Shown here in pieces: positions 1 to 11,670 of a stretch of 20,000 bases of DNA (positions are counted from its first letter, which is position 1; every line of letters begins with the position of its first letter). The notes under the pieces are model-generated. The model was not told the origin of the DNA, ran no database searches, and was given only the letters and a program-made list of their open reading frames with translations. The position numbers were made by a program, and so were the translations under genes. The DNA is taken from contig JAXLNO010000693.1 of the NCBI GenBank assembly GCA_038087875.1, positions 47,062 through 67,061 on the forward strand, read 5' to 3'. This DNA is from Malacoraja senta. Taxonomy: Eukaryota.

Positions 1-560
1 TCGGTCTCTCAGAATCCCCTCCAGTGATCACCCCACTTACCTGGAATTCCCTGACGTGAGCTTGCATCCCGTCTTAAATAAAGGCACTACATCAGCCACC
101 ATCTGGTCTTTTGGTCCCTCACCTATACTAAAGATGATGCAAATATTTCTGCCAGACCTCTGTAATTTATTTCCTAGCATCCCACAATGTACGAGGATTA
201 ACATGATCAGGCCTTGTGATTGATCCATTTTAATTTACTTTAAGACCCATAGGACCTCCTATTTTGTAATGTGGATATGTTCTAATCGAAGGAATAGAAG
301 AGAAACAAAGATGTCTTATCTTACTACAACTAAATGGGCAATTTGGCTCCATACCCAAAATCATTGCACACAATTTTGGTCTCCTTACCCAAATAGAGAT
401 ATGTGCAATGAAGGCACGAGTTCATCAGAATGCTTCTTGCCTGGTAGGGATGTTACATGTGGAGAGGTGAAATTGTCTGGGACTATTTTTCAGAGTATAG
501 AAGACCTCACTGAAACTAACAAATTTGTGCAGCGCTCAACTCTGCAGACTCAGGGAGGAT
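1..560. mobile_element. Decayed CR1 fragments (1-~260 minus, ~335-560 plus)
   Basis: Minus ORF MVADVVPLFK.G....GN and plus ORF CTQFWSPY (CR1 YCVQFWSP motif). Confidence 0.6.
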
Positions 561-599
561 GATTCGCTGGCTGAAGTGACAAAACCAAGTTGTGTCATG

Positions 600-1012
600 T
601 CACACACACTCTCTCTCCTCTCTTCCTCCGTTTCCCCCTCCCCCATTCAGTTCCATCTGCTCATCCCCTACACACACACATCTTCTGGCAATCCTTTCAT
701 TTCCCCCAAAACGGTTACTTAACAGATTATGCATCTACAGCTGCTTATTTCAACTCACCTTCCAACCTCCCTTTTCTCAACCCACCTGCCTCTTTTTTCG
801 ACTTCCTTCATTCTCCATCTATCACCCAGCATTTTGTTGACTCCACCCCTCCTGCTCCTTGTCTATTATCTCTCCTTCCCCTGGTTCCACTCATCACCTG
901 CCTGCCCCTGCCTCTCATCTCTTTTCCCCCTCTACATGCTTGAACTGCTGAGCTCCTCCAGCAGTTTGATTTTCTTGTTCCAGATTCTAGCATCTGCAGT
1001 CTCTTGTGTCTC
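600..1012 (+). mobile_element. Decayed PLE 3' region (pyrimidine-rich tract and terminal motif)
   Basis: ctgctgagctcctccagcagtttg...agcatctgcagt matches the reverse complement of the PLE end at 5411-5465. Left boundary is approximate. Confidence 0.55.
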
Positions 1013-1655
1013 CAGCATACATGTGTGAGCTTTGAAATAAATATACAAATAAGGAGAAGCTGTGTTTTGGATTGAAATTTTAATGAAGCTGAAATCCAAG
1101 CCACAAGTATGTGGTGTGGGCACTGTGACCAGAGTTAAAAAGTCCTTCTACAATGGAAGACATATGGACTTGATTAAAACAGCATTAATATTTTCAGTTT
1201 CAAAGTAAATGCTACTTTGGAAAGGATGCAAATCAATGATCAGTTTCATCAACACCAATCAGGATGTTATCAAATCCATTTAATTAGGTTATAACCTCTC
1301 CTAATTTTAATTTTACACATTCATCAAGCATCTCGTGTTTGCTCTTCTACACATTTTCAGAGGGGACCAACACTGGGGTAGCAATGGTATTTTCAGGCTG
1401 ACCACTAGCTACTTGGCTATGAAGTGCATTCAAGATGGCTAGTGTCAGTAGAGTACTTAGCTACAGTAAACATGCCGGCATGATTTCTTTCAAAGGAGAG
1501 TTCAATAGACTACTGAAAACATCCATACCCGTATTTAGATAATAAAATGACACCACTATATAAACTGCACAAAAATCTGAACAGACTGCTGACTCAGCAG
1601 TAACTTAACCAGATAACTTTTGCTAGACCTAGCAAAAATTGTGCTCTGACAAGGG

Positions 1656-1760
1656 AATGAAAATTGACAGTGCCTTCAACCTGAAACATTAACTTTGTTT
1701 CTCTTCACACAGAAATGACCTGACCCGCTGAGTATTTTCACATTTACAGTTTTTATTTTA
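1656..1760 (+). mobile_element. Older, decayed PLE hammerhead-region insert
   Basis: cctGAAACATTaact...cacagaaatgacctgacccgctgagtatttt resembles 12750-12820. Near-direct repeat CTCTGACA(A)GGG at 1644-1655 and 1761-1771. Confidence 0.6.
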
Positions 1761-2581
1761 CTCTGACAGGGCAACTAACTCAACCATAACACATGCAGCC
1801 AGCAACTCTATCAGTTGTGTTCACACACATATCGGCAGAAATGTTGTTCCATGGGTCAGCAGATAAGACACTGCTTCACATGTAGAGAGCATGCAGGTGT
1901 GGGTGCAAGCACAAGAGTTCTCTCATTGGATTCAGCTCACCGTCACATAAATTATGGATGTATTCCATATTGAAGAATAGATCTAGAATTTCAGCAAAAC
2001 AAGACATCAAAACACAGCTTCTCTTGCAAGATCCTGGCTGACATTACCATAGCAGCTTGGGAAATAGTTACACCCAGGAGCTTAGATACAGCTACAAATT
2101 GCAATATATATCCTGAGAAAATAAGTCATAAATTACAATATATATATGTAATATACACCTCAAGAAAATGAGGAGGGACAACAGTTGACCTACTCTCTTC
2201 CTTGCCTGGGTGGAGTAAATGGTTTCAATTAGGCAGTTCCAGTATGAAATAAAGTTATATTTTTCATAAACATAGCAAAAGAAAGACTTTTTTTGTCAGA
2301 TACAAAGCATACAATTCAAATGGTGCTGAATATAAGTTAACAAACATCATTAGAATCAAGGATCAAATCTATTGAAAATTGCAGTGCCTTACCCACCTTC
2401 TCCAACTTCCATTACATTTCAAGTTTGAATGACTTTGATTTAAAATACAATGATTCACTGGTGCACGGAAATCCTGAGAAGCATGCAAGCCTTTGCCTGG
2501 AGACAGGTCTCTTGTTTAAAGCAGAACAAGCTGAGTTTTCACAAATGCACTCTCTTTATTTTCCAAAGATTAGAATATTAC

Positions 2582-2696
2582 CATAGTGACGAGGTTTCCA
2601 AACCACTGATGAGCAAGCTCATGGCCGACTACCAAAGCAACCCACTGTTTTGATGATGAGCAGGAATTTTTTGGATCAATCAAGAGGGCCGTTTCT
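2582..2696 (-). CDS. NPEPPS: NPEPPS coding exon (115 bp): (R)[43 protein letters not shown] zinc-binding motif
   Basis: [14 protein letters not shown] signature of M1 peptidases. Acceptor ttttctccAG at 2698-2697, donor GTaata at 2581-2580. Phase 2 start completes the AGA (Arg) codon. Confidence 0.97.
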
Positions 2697-3560
2697 CTGG
2701 AGAAAAGAACAGTAAGTGATACATTTCAGTAAACAAGGATTGCATCTCAAAAGGTATATATTATTTTTTCCTCATTTGTTTGTGGGATTTGAGGTTTAAA
2801 GAGTAGGCTAATATTTAACACCGCTCATTAATTGTGTCAAACGTTTGCTGGATTATTTCAGAGAGCAGTTAAGAGTATTTTCTTGTGGATATGGATCACA
2901 TAACACGGTATTGGGAAGAAATAACGGGAACGTCAAAATGGTATGATCTTATTCAAAGAGAATTTTAATATACATGGACCAGGAAAATTAGTTGGGCAGG
3001 GCTAATTGAGACGAGAGACTCTTGGCACAGCACTCTTTGGACTCTTAGCTCTTAGTAAGCACAGCGCTCTTGGTTATACTGAACACAATATTGTAACCTA
3101 ATTCTAACCCCAAAATTGATCAAATACCACACTATAGTATCATGGCCATTAATTGTCCCAAAAGCAATTTTCTAATTGATGCTGTCTTCGCTGCAGAGAG
3201 ATTTGATGAATAGTGAACACCATAATACACATTTGCACTGAACATTAAGTTACAGAGATCATATCCCACCAATTTAACCTTATCTATAACGAATATTATG
3301 CAGATCCAAGTTAGAGCAATAAAGGCAATCAGTTTGATTACTGATGAATAGATCAGATTCCAGCTTTGTGATCAATAAACTCAATTAGAGCCCAAGTACA
3401 AAAGCTACATCCAGCTTTGCAAATGGGATTAAAATTCATGAAAGCTGTCTGCTGCTCCCCACTAGACTGATGGGTTCATGGTTAGTTATTGGTATGACAC
3501 GGCTGGTCAAGATTCACATCAGGATTGAACACTAACATGCCTTAGCTTTAATAAAAGTAC

Positions 3561-3600
3561 ATCTCTCACCAGGTGTCACTATCTCTCACCAGGTGTCACT
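3561..3600. repeat. Perfect 20-bp tandem duplication (ATCTCTCACCAGGTGTCACT)x2
   Basis: Direct inspection. Confidence 0.95.
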
Positions 3601-4239
3601 GTCTTAGAAACTGATAACTACTTGCTTGGCATTCAAGGTACAGATGATATATTAATCTAAAAAAAAAAATAAAAAAAAAGTTGAAACCTAATCCACCAAT
3701 AGCTTGCTAATGAAAATTGGTCAACACCAGAATTCATCCTGTTCTTTCTGGTCAGTTGCAGAACAGCAAAATAATTTCTTCCAACTTCAAATTCTCTTTC
3801 ACATTTTCCGAAAATGCCTCTGATATATATTAGAAGCTAGTTAACAGGCGCCCTACTTGAATGGCCGTCTCTTCCTTACAAAGATAAAGTTAATACTCAA
3901 ATTCAGACTTGCTAAAATAAATGTGATAATTCCAACACAAATAGATTCACACCATGGTGCACAGTTGTGCACCCGCATATCAAGCAAACGGGTGGCAGAA
4001 GCAAAATCTTATTTTCTTCACTGCATTATCAAACATCAAGGAGAGTATTTATAGGAAGGCAATCAGGATAGTTGGGCGTTTTCTTCAGTGAGTGAGGTGG
4101 GGGTGGGGGAGAAAAACAAGAGAAAAGATGAAAAATACATGTTAAAGTAAATATCTTCCAACATGAAGTGGTCAAATCAAAATGAAATCGAACCGAGAAT
4201 GGCAAAAGTAACACATTTAAAAATAAGGAAACCAAGGAG

Positions 4240-4820
4240 AACTAAACAAGAAATTAGTAGCCGTGGTAGTTCACCTGATCCTTGCCCTGCCACTCAATAA
4301 TTGTAGTGATCTACCCAAAGTCTCAACTCCTCTTCTGTACCAGTTCCGAGTCGTCCTCCATTCCCCAATCTTTCAAAAAGGTATCTCCCTCTTTTTAAAA
4401 TACTTCCAATGATCTAGATTCCACAACCTTGCACAGTGGAGAATTCCAGAGATTCACCATCTACAAGAAATATTCTGATGCATCCATTTTAAATTATCTT
4501 ATAACTATGTTCCTTTGATCGTAGTTCTCCCGTAAGTTGAATCATCGCGGAATCTACACTGTCATGCCAGCTCAGGATTTTACATCTTTTCAATACAATC
4601 ATGCACAATTTGCTTCAACTCCAATGAGGTCAAATTATTTTTAGCTGTTTTTAATAGAGAAACCTAATTTGAGGAATTATCCTAGTGAATCTTTAGTGCC
4701 CTGCACCCAAAGCTGCTTTTAATTAAGGGGATCAAAACAGTACAACAATCCTCTGCACAATTTTCCTTCTCCACTCCTAAACCGCAACCCCCTTACAATA
4801 AAGGCCACTCTCTTCCAATG
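4240..4820 (-). mobile_element. Old CR1 3' fragment
   Basis: ggagaattccagagattcacca matches 19201-19221, and ggggatcaaaacagtac resembles 19527-19541. Boundaries are approximate. Confidence 0.65.
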
Positions 4821-5179
4821 CATTGATCAAATGATAGGAAAAGGGCATGGTAATTTTTCTCTGCAGCATGACATGAAGGTCTTTTTGATGGGCCATTCCC
4901 AGTTAGCAGAATCCATGCAGTAAGAGTGAAAGTCTTTTTTTTTTTTGCGAAAGGGAAATGGTGTTGCATCAGGTGAATGATTGCAGGAGTTTACTGGTAA
5001 GCAAGCGAGATAAAATGAATAATTCTAAAAATAATAAGGGCTTATGAAATAAATAGTGTCCGATTTTTTTCCAATTAATAATAGGATAGTTAAGAGAGCA
5101 GAATATTTCAGATCATAAAATTAAGTTCGAAAAAACTTTAGAATCTGGAGGCATATTTGTTCTTTACTTATATACTGAG

Positions 5180-5397
5180 GGACTCGGAGGGTGGTGGTAT
5201 ATGAAATAAGCTGCCAGAGGTGGTCGTTGAGGCAGGGACAATAACATTTAAAAGATACTTGGACAGGTATATGGATAGGAAATGGATTAGAGGGATATGG
5301 GCCAAATGCAGGCAACTGGGACTAGCTTAGTTGGGGCATCTTGGTCAGCCTGGATGAATTGGGCCAAAGGGCCAGTTTCCATGTTGTACGACTATGA
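5180..5397 (+). mobile_element. CR1 3' end
   Basis: tttaaaagatacttggacagg...gggatatgggccaaatgcaggc...gggccagtttccatgttgtacgactatga. The same family occurs inverted at 12021-12137. Confidence 0.75.
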
Positions 5398-5400
5398 TGT

Positions 5401-6320
5401 GTAAGGAGGAACTGCAGATGCCGGTTCAAACCGAAGATACACAAAAAGCTGGAGTAACTCAGCGGGAAGGCAGCATCTCTGGAGAGAAGGAATGGGTGAC
5501 GTTTCGGGTCGAGGCCCTTCTTCAGACTGGTTAGGGATAAGGGAAACGAGATATAGACGGTGATGTGGAGAGATAAAGAACAATGAATGAAAAATATGCA
5601 AAAAAGTTATGATTATAAAGAAAACCGCCCATTGTAAGCTGTTTGTAGGGTGAAAATGAGAAGCTAGTGCGATTTGGGGGGGGGGGGGGAGAGAGAGAGA
5701 GAGAGAGGGGGGGAGAGAGGGGGGGAATGCCAGGGCTACCTGAAGTGCAATAAATCAATATTCATATCTTTGGGCTGTAAGCTGCCCAAGCGAAATATGA
5801 GATGCTGTTCCTCCAATTTGCATTTAGCCTCACTCTGACAATGGAGGAGATAGAGGACAGAAAAGTCTGTGTAGGAATGGGAAGAATTAAAGTGTCCAGC
5901 AAACGGGAGATCAGTTTGGTTCACGCGGGCTGAACGAAGGTTTTCTGCGAAACGATCGCTTATCTGCGTATGGTCTCGCCGATGTATAGGAGTCCACATC
6001 TTGAACAATGGATATAGTAGATGAGGTTGGAGGAGGTGCAAGTGAACCTGAAAGGACTGTCGGCATCCCTGGACAGAGTCGAGGGAGGAGGAAAAGCGGA
6101 CAGGTGTTGCATCTTCTGCGGGTGCAGGGGAAGGTACCTGGGTAGGGGGTGGTTTGGGTGGGAAGGGATGAGTTAACCAAGGAGTTGCGGAGGAAACGGT
6201 CTCTGCGGAAGACGGAAAGAGGTAGAGATGGGAAAATGTGGCTAGTGGTGGGATCCCGTTGGAGTTAGCAGAAATTTGAGGATTAGATGTTGTACGCGAT
6301 TGGCTGATGGGGTGGAAGGT
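5401..6320 (-). mobile_element. Penelope-like retroelement 3' portion (GIY-YIG endonuclease and 3' region), degenerate
   Basis: GTFPCTRRRCNTCP Cys linker, FTCTSSNLIYYIHCSRCGLLYIGET (about 5972-6046, GIY-YIG), and RF.E.LRS...GHFN...LEEQHLIF.LGSLQP..MN. Frameshifted. Confidence 0.9.
5498..5525 (-). ncRNA. Minimal hammerhead ribozyme core in the Penelope-like element
   Basis: CUGAAGA-A-GGG(CCUCGA)CCC-GAAAC-GUC. The palindromic ACGU stem III is typical of PLE minimal hammerheads. Confidence 0.75.
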
Positions 6321-6374
6321 CCTGCCGTTCCTTCCTACACATCATAGTCATAGAGTCATACAGCATGGGAACTG

Positions 6375-6523
6375 TAGAATAGACCATTGTTAGCTAGGGG
6401 AAGGTGCCAACAAGGCATACAAAGTAATATTTAATCAGGAGGGCAGTCAAACCAGACAGAGAACTAGGATGGGGGAAGGGATGGAGAGGGAAAACTAGGG
6501 TTACTTGAAATTAGAGAAGTTAA
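6375..6523 (-). mobile_element. Second PLE-like fragment abutting the truncated Tc1 TIR
   Basis: ccattgttagct...agggttacttgaaatt parallels 5619-5750 (ccattgtaagct...agggctacctgaagt). Confidence 0.5.
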
Positions 6524-6714
6524 AATTTGAGATTTGTAATAGAAAAAAGCACATGTGGTTAAAGTGCACATTGTCAGATTTTAATCAAGGCCACTTTTAT
6601 ACATTTTAATTTTACCATGTAGAAATTATAGCTGTGTTTATACATAGTCCCCCCATTTCAGGGCAACATAATGTTTGGGACACAGCATTGTCATGTAAAT
6701 GAAAGTAGTCATGT

Positions 6715-8996
6715 TTAGTATTCTGTTGCATATCCTTTGCATGCAATGAGTGCATGAAGTCTGCGACTCATGGACATCACCAATTGCTGGGTGTCTTCTC
6801 TGATGATGCTCTGTCAGGCCTGTTTTGCAGCCATCTTTAGCTTATGCTTGTTTTGAGGGTTAGTCCACTTCAGTTTTCTCTTCAGCATATAAAAGGCATG
6901 CTCTACTGGGTTCAGATCAGGTGATTGACTTGGTCACTCAAGAATTGACCCATTTTTTCAGCTTTGATAAACTCCTTTGTTCTGCTCCTTCTTGACCTCA
7001 AGTCTGCTCCTTCTTGACCTCAGCGCAGAATTTGATACTGTCGACCACACCATCCTAATGACCGTCTCCGGTATGGGGTTGGTATTGATGGCACTGCCCT
7101 GAGCTGGTTCATCTCCTACCTCAAAGGTAAGAGTTTCTCGACTAACATAGGCAACTCTTTCTCCTCCCCAGCTAATCTCTGCTGTGGGGTTCCACAAGGT
7201 TCATCCTTGGCCCCATTCTCTTCTCCCTGTATATGCTCCCCCTTAGGCCAAGTTATTGAAAAGGCACGGCATTTCCTTCCTTTGCTACGCAGACGATACA
7301 CAACTCTATCTCCCCTGAAGCCCAAAAACCACTCAAATATGTTTAACCTTACCCATTGCCTCGAGGATATAAAGTGTTGGATGACCCAGAACTTCCTCAA
7401 CTAAACGAGAGTAAGTTTTGAGGTCATCCTTCTCGACCCCTCGGACTCAATCAAAATGATAGCAGGCAGCCTTGGAAGCCTTAACCCACTACTCAAACCT
7501 CACGTCAAAAACCTTGGCGTGATATTTGACTCAGCACTGAAATTTGACAAACAAGTCAATGCCGTGGTAAAAGCTAGCTTCTTTCAGCTTCGGACGATAG
7601 CTAAAATAAAACAATTCGTCCAGTTTGATGACCTCGAAAAGATCATCCACACATTCATCTCCTCCCGCCTAGATTACTGCAACTCCCTTTACACTGGCAT
7701 CAGCCAATCTTCCCTGTCCCGCCTGCAACTGGTCCAAAACGCCGCAGCGAGACTCCTGACGGGCACCCGAAAAAGGGACATCACCCCGATCCTGGCCTCT
7801 CTCCACTGGCTCCCTGTACGGTTCCATATAAACTTCAAGATGCTCCTCCATATCTACAAAGCCCTCAATGGGCTTGCCCCCACCTACATAAAAAGTCTTC
7901 TCACCCACCACTCCACCTCCAGGCCCCTCAGATCAGCCGACTTGGGGTTGCTGAATATCCCACGGTCTGGGCATAAGCTCAGGGGCGACCGCGCAGCCCC
8001 CTAGACCTGTGGAACAGCATCCCCTTTCCCATCAGAACTGCCCCCTCCATCGCTCTTTTAAGTCAAGACTAAAGACTTATCTATACTCCTAAGCCTTTCC
8101 TGACGTCCTCTGAGTGAGGGCTACATGTATATATGTATGTAGTTTGTTTTTGTTTTATGCTATTCTTATAACAAATGTAAAGCACTTTGGCCAACGAGAG
8201 TTGTTTTTTAATGGCCTATATAAATAAATGTGACTTGACTTGACTTTGTTGCTTTAGCAGTATGGTTGGGATCATTGTCTTGCTGTAGAATGAACCGCTG
8301 GCCAATGAGTTATGAAGCATTTGTTTATCTTGAGCAGATAGGATGTGTCTATACACTTCAGAATTCATTATGCTACTACCATCAGCAGTTGTAACATCAA
8401 TGAAAATAAGTGAGCCAGTACCTTCAGCAGCCATACATGCCCAGGCCATAGCACCCCCACCACCGTGTTTCACAGATAAGGTGGTATGCTTTGATTCTTG
8501 GGCAGTTCTTTCTCTCCTCTATACTTTGCTCTTGCCATCACTCTGATATGTTAATCTTTGTCTCATCTGTCCACAAGACCTTTTTCCAGAACTGTGGTTG
8601 CACTTTTAAGTACTTCTTGGCAACTGTAACCCGGCCATCCTATTTTTGCGGCTAACCAGTGGTTTGCATCTTGCAGTGTAGCCTCTGTATTTCTGTTCAT
8701 GAAGTCTTCTGCGGACCCATTGACAAAAGAATGTTTCTGATCTGTCGGACAGGTGTTTGGGGATTTTTCTTTATTATAGAGAGAATTCTTCTGTCATCAG
8801 CTGTGAAAGTCTTCCTTGGCCTGCCAGTCCCTTTGCGATTAGTAAGCTCACCAGTGCTTTCTTTCTTCTTAATGATGTTCCAAACAGCTGATTTTGGTAA
8901 GCCAAAGGTTTGGCTGATGTCTCTAACAGTTTTATTCGTGTTTCTCAGTCTCATAATGGCTTCTTTGACTTTCATTGGAACAACTTTGGTCCTCAT
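6715..8996 (-). pseudogene. Tc1 DD34E transposase pseudogene (pieces 8996-8244 and 6981-6715)
   Basis: MRTKVVPMKVKEAI...GRPRKT HTH region, WTDETK, KHGGGGAMAWACM, QQDNDPNHTAKAT|KEF, SPDLNPVE, CKGYATEY*. Contains frameshifts and a W>TGA stop. There are 34 residues between the second D and the E after repairing the frame. Confidence 0.9.
6982..8243 (+). mobile_element. 5'-truncated L2-clade LINE (RT C-terminus and 3' UTR)
   Basis: LLDLSAEFDTVDH, GVPQGS, YADD, VKNLGVIFD, SRLDYCNSL, LQLVQNAAARLL and LHWLPV motifs (ORF 7456-8004). AATAAA plus a (TGACT)3 tail at 8231-8245. TSD CTTTGTT at 6975-6981 and 8244-8250. Confidence 0.92.
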
Positions 8997-9559
8997 GTTG
9001 ATAAACAGCAATAAAAATTTCCAAAGGTGATGGAAAGACTAGAGGAAAGACTAGGTGCTGAGAGCTCTCTTATATCTGCATTAAGGAGGCAATTAAACAC
9101 ACCTGAGCAATTACAAACACCTGTGAAGCCATGTGTCCCAATCATTATGGTGCCCTGAAATGTGGAGGACTATGTATAAACACACCTGTAATTTCTACAT
9201 GGTGAAACCAAAATGTATAAAAATACCCTTTAATAAAATCTGAGAATGTGCACTCTACCCACATGTGATTTTTTTTTATATTGCAAATCTCAAATTGTGG
9301 AGTACAGAGGCAAATAAATAAATGACGGGTCTTTGTCCCAAACATTATGGAGGACACTGTATATTAAATTGAGTTCATTAACGTATTTGATAAGGTTTCA
9401 CTTGGGAGATCAGTTTTCCCCATTCCTCTCCAGTGATGCTCCAGTTACTCCAGCTTTTTGTGTCTATCTCTGACTATGATAATGGGTGAATCAGTAAGGA
9501 CTGTTGATGTCACACAACTACAATGCATCATAACTAGAGTTTGAACAAGATACATATTT

Positions 9560-11100
9560 CTGGTTTCAATAGCTCCCACCCCACTCATGTATAGAGACAT
9601 TTTAGTCATATTCTGCTGAGAATCTGCAAATCTAGCGAGATTTCTGAACAAACGCTGTCAATGCTTGAAATGTGCTTGAATTGGCAGTGCAGTCGAAAGG
9701 TATCTCAACGAACTGATTGATGTATTCAGACTTGTAAAACCATGCTTTTCAAGCAATGTACCCGAAATATCTCCCTTGATCACTGACAACATCCCTTCCC
9801 ACCAGCAGGCAGAAGCATTGAAGATAGCAGGGAACAGAATATAGTCAGGAAGGGATGGACCTAGGAATCATCTGGATTCTGACTCCTTTAAATATTGCGG
9901 CATTGGATTAAACATAGGAAATAACCTATAGTGCTGATTCAGCAATGGATCATTACTCCTCAAATTTGAACAACACTTAGGGGAAAGCACAAAATGTACG
10001 ATTTTAATGCCAGACTTAACAACACCAGCACTGACCAACCTGGCTGAATCCTGAAGGACCTAGATGTCAGAATGGGTCTCTGGCAGGCAGTGAATAAAAA
10101 GAGGAATACATTTATTTAACCTATCCTCACAAATCTACACCAAGCAGATGCATCTGCCGACATCAGCTTCACGTAGCTCCTGTGGAGTTAAAGTTTCACT
10201 TTCACTGAGGACACAACCAAGTTGTTTGGTGCTACCATGATGTCAAATAGGATAGATTTAGAACAGATCCAGAGAGAATTACATTCCACCAAATTAAATA
10301 TCCTTAGTACTGCCCTTCTCCTACACTTATGCTGGGGACCAACTCTGATTTAATGAGTGTAGGAGGGCAAGGCAGAAGCAATGAGTAATTGAAAGAATAA
10401 CATGCCAGTCTCCAAGGCTACAACACTGAACTAAATGCTAAACAATGAAACTAACTTGAAAAGACAGTGCTAAGTAATCTTAAAGCAAACAGATCAAAGC
10501 AAAATTCTGTAGCCATCACACTGCTAAAAATTCACAGCTGGTTATGAATAAGCAGCCAACAAGAGGAGGCTGCTTCAAGGAAGCTTTTCCATTCTTAACA
10601 ATGCCAGATCTAGAATTGATCTGCTAGAAGCAGATAAATTGCTCGCGACCATCTTCAATTAAAAATATCCAGTACTTATTTATTTATCCTCTCAGGAGGC
10701 AGCCATCACAAAAGCTAGCTTTCAGTAAATATGATTCATCCCAAAAGATAAATTAATCCCCAAAGCAAGGGCTATGAATCTGACAACACCCTTGCTGCAA
10801 CACCCACAAGGAAAGCTTGGATGGAATTTCCTAAACTTGGGTCTCTACAGCCTAGAGTAACAAGGACATCCATGCCTCAAACTCACACTATCTTGACTTT
10901 GAGAAACAGCACCTTCAACTTCCGTTTGAAGTTATATAACATCCTGAAAAATCTAAGCAGGAGCTTTGCAAGAGCACCTTCAACATGCAAGAATGCAGAG
11001 GTTCAATAATGTGGCTCACCATCTTCTCAGAGACAATTACTGATGGTAAATAAATGCTGGCATGGCCAGCAATGCTCACATTCCATAAATGAACAAATCA
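9560..11100 (+). mobile_element. Highly decayed old non-LTR retrotransposon
   Basis: The 3' end aataaatgctggcatggccagcaatgctcacattccataaatgaa resembles an ancient vertebrate LINE terminus as I recall it. No intact ORF and uncertain boundaries. Confidence 0.4.
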
Positions 11101-11670
11101 AAACCCTGAAATAAAAGGAAAACGGATAAAAGGATAAAAGTTATCCACAATAATTTCCATCATTTGACCAGAACCAATTTTCATGTTGACCAATATTATT
11201 TATTTTAATGAAACATCAATCTAAAATGTCAACATTACTTCTTTCGAGGGAGATGCTGTCTGACCTGATAATGGTAACTTTTGTTTTATTGATCTGGAAG
11301 AGGTTTAAAAGGTTAGCTGAGTAACTATTGAAGTTAGCCAAATTGAAATGGCGTGACAGTGCATTGGCTCAGCAGCTACCTGCTGTCTCTTTCTCTGGGC
11401 CTTAATCTGGATCTCAGCCACAGTTTGGATTAATTATCCCACCAGATCCCAAGAACTTTCCTTTCTCAAGATAACGGCTTTGGTGCAAGTCAATTAGAAA
11501 CAGGCTTTCTTTCTCATCTGAAGAAAGCTCTCCCTCAGCTAGATTTTTCTGGGCTTAACTTTAAGGACAGTTATAACCATCTTGCATTGAAGCAAGCAGC
11601 AAATCATAGATATAGAAAATATTACCAGGGAAACTAATGGCATTACATAAAAGTAAATAAACCTAAATAC

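Larger units (their letters stand above)
6524..9359 (-). mobile_element. Tc1/mariner DNA transposon, IR/DR type, defective, interrupted by an L2 LINE
   Basis: Right end reads ...aacattatggaggacaCTG|TA (9359, TA at 9360-61). The TIR of about 225 bp (9135-9359) has an inner direct repeat (tgtcccaa.cattatgg at about 9134 and 9334). Its inverted copy at about 6524-6682 lacks the outer ~60 bp. Confidence 0.93.

Noticed and set aside
525..1123. Overlapping Pro/Ser/Leu-rich ORFs
   Set aside because: Artefacts of a pyrimidine-rich decayed retroelement tract.
3880..4082. Possible cryptic minus-strand exon (pyrimidine tract 4085-4138, GTAAGG donor at 3879) and an 8-bp inverted repeat at 3956-3973
   Set aside because: Weak AAG acceptor, length not a multiple of 3, and no homology. 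A short palindrome is expected by chance.
5675..5726. G-run/(GA)n tract with G-quadruplex potential
   Set aside because: Ordinary low-complexity tract within the PLE 3' region, with no independent sign of function.
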